The notes below the pieces were generated by a model that did not search any database, was not told where the DNA came from, and saw only the letters and a list, made by a program, of their open reading frames with translations. Below, piece by piece: positions 11,901-25,195 of a stretch of 64,000 nucleotides of DNA; positions within the stretch are counted from its first letter, which is position 1, and every line of letters begins with the position of its first letter. Source of the DNA: Podarcis vaucheri (Eukaryota); NCBI GenBank assembly GCA_965113315.1, contig OZ220363.1; one strand, 5' to 3'. A program made the position numbers and the translations under genes.

Positions 11901-14900
11901 GTGGCTTCACATGGCAGTGTATCGTGAGTGAAACTGTCGCTGCTCCTAAGCCCCTCTGCCACCAGGGCACTGGGGGACTCAGGAGTGGCAGAGTTTTAAC
12001 CAGTGATATACTGCTGGTGAAGCAGCCATCACACTCTGGCCCTCATACCGCAGATGGACTGTGTGGGCAGGCAGCTTCTTTAAACTGCTCCACTCAAGGG
12101 CGTGTGGCTGGCTGCATCTCAGCGGAGCAGTTCATCAAATTCCCTATCCTGCTTCTGGCTCACATGTGCCGGGGTGTGTGTGGCTTTGGCAAACTGTTCT
12201 GTTGAGGAATGGGCAGCCTGACAGAAGCTGCCTCTGGTTCACGAGGAGATCCCCAGCCTGAATATATCCTTCTGAGGGAGGTGTGTTCTGGCACCTTTTA
12301 CTCTAGAAAAAAAGCACTGCTCGTCTCAGAGCTTGGCTGAGTGCTGCATACCAATGAAAGTTATAGGAATGTGCCATGGGCTTATAAAATAGCCCAACCA
12401 GAGATGGCAAAAGGGGGGGGGCTATTTATGTTATACAAGGGGGTGGGAAGCATCGATTGAAGTGGTAGCGCAGGAACCTTGCTTTTGGATATGAAGGTTG
12501 TGTGTTAATGGCCACATAATTAAAGATATAAATAAAATGTCATCAATAAATGGGGAAGATATAACTTTCCTGGACTGCTAAAGTAATGACTGATGGATAC
12601 TTTATTTGATACTGATTGATACTTTATTTGATACTGAATGTGTGCAGTCTGTAGTACACTGTATATGTGTATGCGGTCACAAATTGTTACAGCATTCACA
12701 ATGAGCTTTACAACTAGGAAGGGCACAAAGAGTAGATGTCTTAAAAGAGTTGCTTCATCTCTTGCATCCAAAAAAAAAGCAAACATCGATATCTGAAAAC
12801 TACAACTCTTTTGTGGTTAAGTTCTAAACACGGTTTGAGACAGAGCAAGAGAGATGGTTGAGAATCTATTTAACTTTTTGCTAAAGGTGAAAGTATTTGT
12901 CTGGCTCTTCTATTTAATGCCAGAGGCAATAGCATCCAACAGCTGACAGACTAACAAAGGATATCTTGAACAGATGGCACAAAAAAGGATGTTACTCATA
13001 GCACAATAGGCTGTGAATGGGTTTGCATGTAAAATATGTATTAAAAAGGGAATGATGATAGTAATAGCAAGCCCTATTTGCATTTTTGGGAGGAAGGTTT
13101 TTTAAAAAAGATGTGTATTAAATGCAGGATAACTTCAAATGCAGGATTCTATATTCAGGTAGGTAGCCATGTTGGTCTGACTCAATCGAAATAAATAAAG
13201 AGACCAACTAAGTTTGTTCCAGGTATAAGCTTCTGTGTGCATGCACTGAATATATGTGCAGTGCAGATACACTGAAACAGAAGTCACCAGACCCTTATAT
13301 ATAGCGGGAGGGTGGAGTGGGGTTTTTCTCAGAAGGGAAGTAGGAGATGGGTGATTGACTCAATGGGTATGGTAAACCTGTTGATGACCGCTAACGACTG
13401 CAAATGCAGGAAGTTAGTCTTTACTTCTACCATGACTTCTGTAACCAAGCATCTCCAGAAAACATAAATATAAAAATGAAACTGTTTGATTCAAAAATAT
13501 TGGAAAATGTTATGTATTAAAGGCACAATGAAGTCAAATTTCATACTTTCAAGTCTCATTGATTTCCATAGGCAGATTGACCATGTACTTAACCTAAGTG
13601 TACTTAGGGAAGCTTTTAATGTTTGATGTATTTAAATATTCTTTTGGAAGCCGCCCAGAGTGGCTGGGGAAACCCAGCCAGATGGGCGGGGTATAAATAA
13701 TAAATTGTTATTATTATTATTATTATTATTATTTAAAGTAATTAACTTTGGATATATTGAATTCTGTTATAAACCACAGGCTTAGTTTCAACGTTTCTTT
13801 TTTTTCCTTTTCAGATTACAGTAGCACTTAACTCTTGCTGTTTTGAAGTTAGCACTCAAGGGTGCATTCCTAGCTTCACCTAAAATTGGCATTAGAGCTG
13901 GGCAGTAATCCATTTTATTGTCTGAAATAGTATGGTGTTCACATTGTGATACTGGCTCAAGTTGCCTGAGCAGGTTGGCTGCGTCTTTCCTCTTCGGGCC
14001 GTCAGTTGCTCCAGGAGGAAAGATGCAGCCCACCAGCTTGGGCGAAAACAGGCACTCTATAGCACTCAGAATATCACAATGAAAACAGTAACAAGTCAAA
14101 TAAAAAGGTACCCGTATTAATCACCAAAATAATGGGAAACTTTCAGGTGAACCTCTTGGGGAAAGAAATCCTAAGACGCCCTGTCCCAGTCACTACCTAT
14201 CTGACATGATGGTGGGGCCATTTGGACTAGGGCTGCTGGTGGTGACGTCTGAACATGGACTGGCAGATGCACATTCCTTCAGTTACACTGATCTCAAAGT
14301 ATGCAGGACTTTAAAACAAGAATGGGTAACCTGGGGCTCTCCAAATGTTGTTGGACTCCAATTCCCATAAGCCTGAGTCAGCATGGCTAATGGGAGTGGT
14401 TGTCCAGCAGCCTATGTAGGGCAACAGGTTACCCATTCCAAAGTTAAGCACCAGTAATTTGCCTTGTGCTCACAAACATTTGTAATTAATGCAGAAGTTT
14501 AAGAATCATTCTGATATGGTTCAGCCTATTGGTTTTCAAAAGCTTTGCAGCTGTATTTTGAACTTGCTGAATTTTCCAAATCATCCTCAAAAGTAGCCCC
14601 CTGGAAGCAGCCGTACCTGGAGGTTTCACAGCATGGGTAACTGTAGTTATCACTATCCAGGCACACCCTGCCTGAGACAATGGCCCTGCATCTCCCAACA
14701 TCAGCTGGACTGAGTTTCAGTTTACTGACCCTTATCCATTCCATCATGAAGTATAGGCACTGCTCTAAAGACTTCTAGTGCTTCAGCTGACATGGATGTG
14801 AAAAATAAATACACTTGGGTTTAATAGCCATACTGATGCTGCCTCCACAGCCGCTTCATATAGATGCCAAAAGGAGTGGGAGAAATAATGGAACCCTTGC

Positions 14901-17900
14901 AGGACCCCTAATATAAAGCCAAGCAAAAGTCTCATTACATCACCTCTTGGAAATGCCCCTACTCCCAAGACCCACCTGTCCCAACTGCAGAGTGTCTATG
15001 GAGAAGGTTACCCAAGTCCTCCCCCTACATACCACTCCTGGCATAGGTTTTTCATCAGGGTTATCAAAGCAGTGTCTGTGAGAGTTCCAGGCCTGAAACC
15101 AAATTTAATTTAATCTAGATAATACCACCACTCCTAGAGGGGGCTATTAGTAATTGTTTGTAATAAAAACAAAATTAAAACATAGAAGAATCAGAAACCG
15201 ACGAAATGCTATTAGGAGCAAGTTGCTACATCATATTCATTCCAGAATGTTACCTTTCCAAATATGCTCAGTCTCTTGGAGTCAACGAATGGTTGCTTTA
15301 TCAAGTATCTGTAACAGGAAGTTTATATCATATTACAAAAAAGTTGTTTTTCATTAAAGTTATTTCCTGAAGAAGAATGTTCGTGTTTATGACTACTGTG
15401 CTGCAGATAATTCAAAAGAGGATATTAAATAAATTACGCTTTGTTTTGTTTAAGTCTTCCACATTTTTCCTTGATTCCATTAATAATACATACTGCAGTT
15501 GTAACAATCTTCAACATAAAAATAAAAGCTGCAGTGTTCACAGCAGGATAAAATATTAAAGAAGACATTTTGTGAGCTTAGGCCACAATTCTTGTTGTTC
15601 CTAAATGTGGGATCCCAGGAAAGAAAAAAAGCATTCAAGCAACCAAAACCTCCATACTCCTGACATTATATATGGTGTCAGGCCCTAGGAAGGTGGGTGT
15701 GGCTTACCCAAAATGGCATGATATGATAGCCTCTAAGACTTGGTGGGCCTTCATAAGAATACTGTTGTAATACAATTTGATGTGTTTTTAGCTATTAGTA
15801 AATAACACAACACAATTTTTCCATTCATTCAGACTTTGTATATCTTAAGCAGGATTATTCATTAAGCTATTACACTGATTAGGGATACAAATTTACATTT
15901 TAAGATAATTTTGTTCAATGTGAATTGCTTGCAGGAAAATCTGTATAGTATTACAGCCTAAATAGCTTTGTCAAATGAGTGTGGGATCTGATAAATCAAT
16001 TTGATTTATTATGCTGAAACGGGATCCTTAGTCCAGAAGTGGGATAAGCAGAATTGTACTCTTCATAACTGGGATACATTGCAATTGTCTGATTCATCTT
16101 AACCTTTTATGCATAACATATGGAGCCCATTCTCCATTATGTGATGTTTAATTAGTCAATTAAAAAGCCCAGTTAGACTAGACCTTGAAGTTTCCTTTAT
16201 CAGGAAATCCCAAAACAATGGTTCAGTGAATTTTATTTAATTTTCTTGCTATCAAACATTAAATATTTTTATATTGATCCATTACAGCAGATATACATTT
16301 CCAAAATAAACACTGGATCAACCCAAATAGAATAGAATAGAATATAGGAAATAGAATAATATTTTGCACATACGTACTCTACAGCTGCTATCTGGTCCTT
16401 CACTTCCACTGATCCTAAAGAACGGTGGACTTCTTGCAGAATCTTTAGACCTTGAAATCCACTCCCTCTTCCATCAAATTGAGCTACGATGACATTATCA
16501 GAGTTGACAAGCACAGAATCCCAGTCAATGTGAAACTTATCTGTAACCAACTGGCTGCCTGGAGCTTCATCGCTGTAAATACCAACATACCAGACAGAAA
16601 CGAAGGCTATTGACAATGTGATGCACTTTGAAGTTCTTCAATATTTTATTTAACCTAGATGGCAGAGTTCACTAGGAGTTACGCAACCCGGTTGAATTAT
16701 TGTCAGTTTAATCTATAACAGCACATTAACCACTGCTGTTATCACTTATGGGGAACAGTAAACACAAATAACTGCTTGAACTGTACAGAAATAAGCTGTT
16801 AAGATTAACACGTTGTTTACTCGTCTCATAGCCAGGAAGGAAGGCACACACGAAGATGCTTTGTACCATGTCAGACTACTTCTCCGTTTTGAAAACATCT
16901 CCCCAAGGTTTCATGAGAGATACTTAACCTGACACTTTTAAATAAAGAGACTGAACGCAGAATATGATGGAGTGGGAGGGTAACAGCGGCCAGGGAAAAG
17001 GCATGAATTAATCTTAACCTGTACAAAACCACCTGGACAAAAACATTTTAGATACAATTAGAGCCCAACTGTTTTACTTGCTGCAGTGTTTTCAGGGAAG
17101 GCAGCCTACCTGCATTTTAGCCAGTTTTATTTTCATTTTCCAATCAAACACTACTTTTGCAGGTGGCTGGTGGTGCAGGAGGAAAAGTACATTTGGTGAC
17201 ATCTAACAATCAACTTAAACTTGCACAACCAGCCACCTGTGAACCATCTTTCTTTTTTTAGAAAAAAAAACCCATCCGATTTCCAGTTGCATATTTTCAG
17301 ATTTGCTGTGCATGTGAAATAAAACCAGCAAAATACTATGTGTGAATAATAGATGTGCCTTCCTTCCTTGTCCACTTGCGCATTCGCAATTCGTGTGCAT
17401 CTTACCCAGGATAGTTAATATGTGATTTCCCCATAAAAGATGTACAGGTTTTAGCACAGGAAACCGATAAGCAAAGAAAGACAATGTGTGAGTAACTCAC
17501 AGCACTTGCTTCCGTCCACTTACATAATCTCCCATAGTTTTGATGAGTTTACTAGGCATAAGTACAACAGCTATTTGGAGGATTCATAACCACACAGGTC
17601 TGAAACTGATGGAATGGCCAAATTCCTGCACTATAATTTATTTTTCTTTATTAAATTTACAGTCTTCCCCAGACAGGCAAATGCCCGATTGGATTTTATA
17701 ATAACCTCTAGGAGATTTAGGAAATGCTGTTGAGAAAAACTCTTTTCTCCTTCCAAGTTAGTAAGATACAGAAACGACTGTAACTTATTTTGTGACTGGA
17801 AATACAAATATTCTAGGATGGGGTGAAACACTTCTACTGACTATTTTCATTCAACACTGCTGCTATTCATATTTTTTTCCAATGACAATGAAATGTCAGT

Positions 17901-18578
17901 TTTGAGAAAGGTTTGTTATTTTCCCCCAGCCACACATGTCATAAAACCAAGAATCTATCAAGAAGTGGTATATGTCAGTGAAAACTATATATGCCAGTAG
18001 AATTAAAATAAATGTATATTTGCTTGTACCTTGTGTGGAAATTAGATTGGACAGTATCTATGAGCTCACTATTCAGGGTTCTTGAAGAGTGGAGTAAAAA
18101 TAATCACTGTGGGAGTCTAAATTTAAGAGACAGAGAGGAACATACTAAAAATTACAACTATTCCCTTCAATCACTGTTCTTTCTGGGAACATGGAGGAGA
18201 TCACTGACAGTGTTGCTTTGCCAATTTACAGCAAGACAAGCATATTTCATTCCATGATGCCATGGTCATGACAGTAAGTCCCGCTAGGTCATAATCTTTT
18301 AAACTACTTCCAAAGAATAAAGAAGTTTCCATTTATGAACATAATTCCAGATCACAACTGTTTACAAAACTGTTGTTTATGTGAATTACAGGAGCTTTAT
18401 CTCTTACCCATTACATAACATCTTGGGTTGTTATTACCTCTTTGTTTAATTTTTTAGGGTTCTTTGCATCTAAAGATGTGACACTTTGCTTTTTTTGAGG
18501 AGGATTTAACATGGCTTCACAGGACTAACAGAGATATAAATACTGAACACTATATCTAATCTATCTTATCTATTTATC

Positions 18579-18616
<38 letters not shown>

Positions 18617-21600
18617 TAGAATTGATTCCCCACTGTTTAGCTGAAAAGGCTATCATAAACAGTTCCTGGCCTCATAAAATCTTAGGAAAACAAACAAACA
18701 GCCCATTACCTCCAGTGAGGTTATGATTAAAGATACTACAGGCATTTACTTTCCAAACCTTCCAAATTTTTGATCCATGTCCTGTGCATATTCATCAATC
18801 AATGATTTCAGCATTTAAAAACCCAGACAGAACTTATATTATCACCCGTTGTTATATCAAATGCTACATTTTCTCCCCATGGAGGCTGCTCAAATATTTC
18901 GCAGCCATTCATCAAGCGCTGAGTAATAAAGGAATAAGAAGTGAAATACACACATGCAGAAACCAGATCCCATCCGAATCCCCACAAAAATAAAAGTGCA
19001 TTCTGTTCTAGTAAATGAAAGAGCAGCAAAAAATAGTTCCCACTCAACTGATAATGCAGATTTCTGCAGATTTCACAGTTCAACCACTGAAGGGACATTT
19101 GCAGAAGATACCCTTGCTTCCAATTTTTTATTGACCACTTCTACCCAAGCATTCTACCCATTGATTTTAGGCAGGTACTAGTTTTCCTCTTGTCCCTAAT
19201 CCTTATGAAGTCCATGTTTTTATTTCTGCATTAGCCATATCCTCCAACAGTGCAGTCCTATAACTCTTCATTGGTCTACAAAGTTGACACCCACCAAGTC
19301 TGTGCCTGCAGATACTAATGATATATATCTTATGAACTTGCAGTGTTAGCAGGATGTATTATGATTCAGAACATCTGCCAAAGCTGATGTGCCTTTTAAA
19401 TATACAGGCGATACCAATTACACAGCAAAATGATGGACCTCAGCAGGTAATTTGCAGACTTCCAGCAGTGCAGTCCCTCACACAATAGATATTCAAGGGG
19501 GGAAATGGCAGCCCATCACTTGGTATTTGAAATCTGAAGACTAAACCATAATTTCTGCTTGGAGCTCTGAGGGAAATATGAACTCAATTACTACAATTAG
19601 TATCAGATCTGACAGTTCTGGACCCTGCATCTTCACCTTTGTACCAATCAAGAATGCAATGAAGTTTTCCAGCCTCTTTTGTCTATTGAACACTGTATCA
19701 CTATATACAGAAGGCTACTATATACAAAAGGCTATAGTGAATGAAGCAACAAAACAAAACAAGCAAAACACAATCTTCTAAGACTTGCAATTTCAATTCA
19801 ATTTATCTTCCTTTCTCTTAATAAACTCTTATGCAAATGAACCTGAAACAGCTATGCAAAAGAGATTGACAATAAAATGTGTAACTACTATCTACTATGT
19901 CACTATTTAAAAATTCAAAGATTGTTTAATTTATTCATATAAGAATTTTAACCTGGCCTTCTAACACAAATGCATCTGTCAAGGCAGCTTAAAACATTTA
20001 AAAATCTTAGTTTAACAATAAAGCAGTTGTATTTTTTTAAAAAAATCAATTGAGGGAGGCAGAACAGAGATAATTGAAAACTTTTGCTTAAAGCATTATT
20101 TGCCTGACAGCTGTCAAGGGAGTAAACCCTTGAAATTTCATGAAGCAAGGTGCTCCAGAGTTTGGGTATAGCCCCTCTCCTGTCACAGCCTGTTAAGCTT
20201 CTGTCATAGATAGGACTGAGGTTCACTAAACTCCACCTGCCTAATTCCCAGAACAAATAATCTACCAAGAGGACCAAAGCTGCCTGAAACCCCAAACCTA
20301 GGCCTGAAGACAGATTGTCTAGCCCCATTTAAATCTGTTTCATCCAATCACCCTTGAATCTCAGATGCCACAACACCTTCAAGCATCTTCCCCAAGAAGA
20401 GTAGAGCAGAGGCTGGCTGGAAACTTATCCAACCCACCCAGAGAGATTTTCCTATAAAAGTTTCATGACAGCCACCTTAAGGCTAAATAGACAAATAGAC
20501 AGTCCCCATTCTCTGTGCCCACTCAACCAGACTTAGCTTCCTGTGCCAGGAAGGGCAGGGATCACTTAATCTTGCCCATCTCCTCAGACTGTACAAATGA
20601 AATGAATCAAGTACGACAAGACATGCAGGAGTCAGAGATACATAATTAGGATCTGGTACAAACATGGCACATAAGTCACAGTAGATGTGAGCAACTTTAT
20701 CTGCAAAATGTCTAGCTATACTGTAAAAATCGGAAATCACATCCTTTCCCTCAATTCTTGATGCAACAGACTCTTTAAAACCCGTAGTTTAGCTAGGTGA
20801 CTCTCGGTAGAGGAAAAGTGTGGGGGTTTTTTCATCACCACAGAAGAGGACAACATGGGCTCTAGTCCATGTCCAGTCATGTTGTCTTGAGTTTTCCTCC
20901 CACTGTTGCTCAGATAATTGTCTCTGCCACATTATCACCCTGAGTTCCCAAAAAACCAAGGAGGCAGCTGGCTCCATTATCAGCTGCCTGAACCCATCAG
21001 TTTGGGTGAAATTCTGTCAACCACCTAGGTCATTTTCCTATCCCAGAGACAGACCGAGACTTTGACAGAATCACTGGTTGATATAGCAGAAAACTCACTC
21101 AGAGCAGTTAGGAAATGATTTAGATCCATCTTTGGACCTTTATAATGGGTCCTGTACCACTGTGATCTTAGGAGCTTATTTAAGCCTAAACCCCCACAAG
21201 GTAGGAAGCTATACATGACAATAAATCTATGACCCTAAATCCAAGTCCATACCTAGCTCACCACCACCCCATACAGAACCAAAAAGCCAAGTCAAGAATC
21301 TGTCCTACAATATGAATGGGCTCCAATATCAGTTGGTAAATTCACACAGAGGCCAAGTAGTCCATGAAGTTCTGAATGTCTACGAAAGGTTGGCATCAAC
21401 ATGGGCATTGAAGTCATTTAACCACTAATCAGAGAGACTACTGTGCTCAATACTACTCTAGCTAGCTCAGGCAAGGAGACTGTTGGGCAGTGGGGAGACC
21501 TGAACCCAGGGGCAGCACATCCTGTTTTGCCAATTGAGGCAAAATAGGAAGTGCTGCTTTCCCCTGCCCTGCTACTCCTGTTGCCACTGGCATACCACTG

Positions 21601-24021
21601 GTACAGATTCTCTACCTGCCTGCTACTTCCACAATTTCAGGCGAGAGCTCACATGATTTCGGCTGATACTGGCAGCACTTCTGCACTGGTGGGACAGGGG
21701 CGGCACCTGTGGGGCATCCAACTTGGGGGCTTCTGCTGCCTTAGTCTGCCTCATGGCAGAGCCAGCTCTGCCAATATCCCAGCAGAATTCCCATTCTGTC
21801 CTCACCTATCCTCAAGTATAAACAGGCAGATGGTTTAATTGGAATCCTGGTTGTGCTGATGGAACTTCAACACCGCAGCAGCTCTGATTCCCAATCCACC
21901 TCCTTAGCACCTGGATGGGTGCTATAGAGAGAATCCTGGAGGAGAGATCTGGGACAAATTTACCCTGCCCACTTCATCTAACCTTATCTGTGTAATGCAT
22001 AGCAAGTCAGCTCCCTCACCCAGGATCAAGTCCTAGATGACCAGGCCCTTCCTATTTATGGAGCTACCATCTAAGATAACCACCTTCAGACTAAGAGGGA
22101 TGCCACCACAGCCCCAAGGACTGATTGACCAAATGAGCTGGAAGAGAAGGAAAATACCACCTAGTCACCCCTGCTTTTCCTGTAATGATTAGTCTACCAT
22201 TCCTCCCATTGCATGCAGCCCTTATGACCATATGTGGCTCCTAAGGATATCTCCAATACTGGACATTAATATTAATCTTAACACATGCCTGCAAACCCAT
22301 TCCAAGCAGCATTTACAAATGCAGTAAGTTACATCATTATGGTTGTCCGGCTTGTTTTCAAATATACATTCCCAGAAGTTTTTCTTCTTTCCTTTTAATC
22401 AACTACATAGTTATACCTCTGCCTTAAAAAAAAATAGCATGACATTATAAAATGTAAATCTGCATGTATTAAAATAAGTTATGAAAATAGATGATTCTCC
22501 CATCCTGCCATGTTGTTAATCCAAAACGTAATAATTACTTCATTCTGTTCCTAGAGAAAACCTCCAAGGACAACACCAACTGTACACAGTGGGTTCTCTT
22601 TTATGCACCGATATTTCTAGATTGCAGACTATACAGTTTTGTGCAATAGAAAATACCACATGTATTGTAACTTTATACTGAGCCATGCGTTCTTCCATTA
22701 TCATATGCATCACATATTGATCAAAGCTAAGAATATCCTTGCGGCAAACAGACCAGAGGAAATCAATAAGTATAAGAGTGCTATATTTAAAGTAAAATTG
22801 CAGCTGGATAGTTCTGCTTTCCTATGAACTTTCTGCTGTTCATATTTAATATAGCATAGTCTGCGTTATTCTATCCTGCTGTTCTATGCAGCTAAAATTC
22901 ACTGTATCATGTTTTAAAATTCCAATATGATGATGAGTAATCTTTTATAGGAAGCTTGGTAGCCAATGACTGAAATTATGCCAGATCTGAATTGTTTTCC
23001 AATTGCATAAAGCAGGGATGGAGAACCCATGACCCTCCAGTTTTGGGGGTGCAGGTTTGGGGTACATAATCATAAAATTAACAATATATTGCCTTTTGGG
23101 CTACCCAAAGCAGTTCAAAATTTCAAAACCCACAGTGAATATGACATTCTAAAATAATCTCTGATCACTGGCCATGCTGGCTGGAGTTGATAGGAATAGG
23201 AATTCAACAATACCTAAAAGGCCACTGGTTCCCCAACCCTGGCATAAGGGAGGCGAAAAAGAGTGCAATCCAGTGGGTGGCCTTGTACTCATGGAAGGGA
23301 GCTGGAAAGGGGGGGGGGATAAATAATTTACATTACCTACTAGTTCCCCTCTACCTCCAGCCCCAGCTTAAACTCATATCCAGAGAGTTGGAGGACTGCA
23401 AAGGAAAAGTGGGCTTGACAAAAATTGCCTCCGTTCTCTTCCGTAAGTGGACGCCTCCACTGTGAATGAGATGGGCACCAATTGGATTCTACCTACTGCA
23501 GAGAAACAGTAGCTTATCCTGATGATTTAATCGTTAAGATTACTGGAGACATGTGCTGATTCACTTCTACTAAACCCAAATTTTCAAACAGTATTAAACA
23601 ATGGATGCTACCATTTAAGATGCATTATCTACACATTTCAAGGAAAGAGGTTAATTGTGTCAGAGAGAGGAAAAGAATGATGATCACCTCTCACTTTTAT
23701 TATACAGATTAAATGCTGCTGCCTTCACTCTACTTAATTATTTCCTATGCAGCCAGGGAGTGTATCTTCCAAATCTCTAAATGAATAAGGTGGACATTAA
23801 TGAGGAAAATCAAAGATCTGAGAGTTAAACTTTGATCCTAATTATATAGAAGAGAGATAATAATCAGTCTTCCAGGCAATTATGGTACATCTCTCTAATC
23901 TATAGAGTACAGTATATATAATGTAGTTAAAGGAAGCTGAACATGAAGCATATTAGAATGGGAGGACCAAACTGAAGAATTAGCAATTTACAATCTACTT
24001 AGCAATTTTAGTGTATGCATC

Positions 24022-24065
<44 letters not shown>

Positions 24066-25164
24066 GTAACTACAGACAATTGCAATATGTGTAAATTTAG
24101 AGGGTAACCTGCTATAGTGGAAATATAATATATACACATTTTACAACTTTCCTTGAAATATCCAAACCATTTATGTTGAAATAGTCCACAAAATCAGTGT
24201 ACTGGGAGTAGACTAAATTATACTGTAAAAAGGAGGAATGGCTCAAGGTGGTGGGGGGTGGGTCTTTACTGAATATTCACATCTGATGCTACACCCTTTA
24301 AAAGTGGCCCAAGGGAGTTATTGGACCAACGCAAATGGAAACTGCATCCTTCAGAGCAACCACATCAAACAGCTGCAACAAAAAGAGAGGCTTTAGTAGC
24401 TGAGGGAGTCAGCCAAGACAAATCTGAACTTTGCTTGACAGAAAAAACCTAAAGCCTTTCTGGGAAAGTCAGTTGTTGTAAAGGACGAGACTTCACAACA
24501 TTAATACTAATAATATAGGGATCATTTCTCCTTTATTTATTCATTGTTCCTAAACCACCTCTCATGCAAATGAATCTCTGGGCAGTTTACAAACAACAAC
24601 AACTGCAGATAAAAATATAAACTATAAATAAAGCAAAAAGGACAAAAGGTAGCATAAAGTAGTAGATTAAAAAAAACTGCAAAAGGCAGAATAGTGCTCA
24701 AATCATGAAACCTTGGAGATACTAATCAGTACCACTGAAAGTGGGACGTAGGTGGCGCTGTGGTCTAAACTACAGAGCCTAGGGCTTGCTGATCAGAAGG
24801 TTGGAGGTTCGAATCACCGCAACGGGGTGAGCTCCCAGTGCTCGGTCCCAGTTCCTGCCCACCTAGCAGTTCGAAAGCACGTCAAAAGTGCAAGTAGATA
24901 AATAGGTACCGCTCTGGTGGGAAGGTAAACGGCGTTTCCGTGCGCTGCTCTGGTTCACCAGAAGCAGCTTAGTCATGCTGGCCACATGACCCGGAAGCTG
25001 TCTGCGGACAAACGCCGGCTCCCTTGGCCTATAGAGCCAGATAATCGTGCAACCCCAGAATCATCCGTGACTGGACCTAACGGTCAGGGGTACCTTTACC
25101 TTTACCTTTTACCACTGAAAGCCTGCTTGCAAACATATAGTAGCAGTACCAGTAATAATAGTAA

Positions 25165-25195
<31 letters not shown>

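Noticed and set aside
23907-23915. Isolated TA-CAG-TA / TA-CTG-TA strings as mariner excision footprints (also near 5185, 35332, 49449, 52856)
   Set aside because: Several such 7-mers are expected by chance in 64 kb of AT-rich DNA; they cannot be called without orthologous filled or empty sites.
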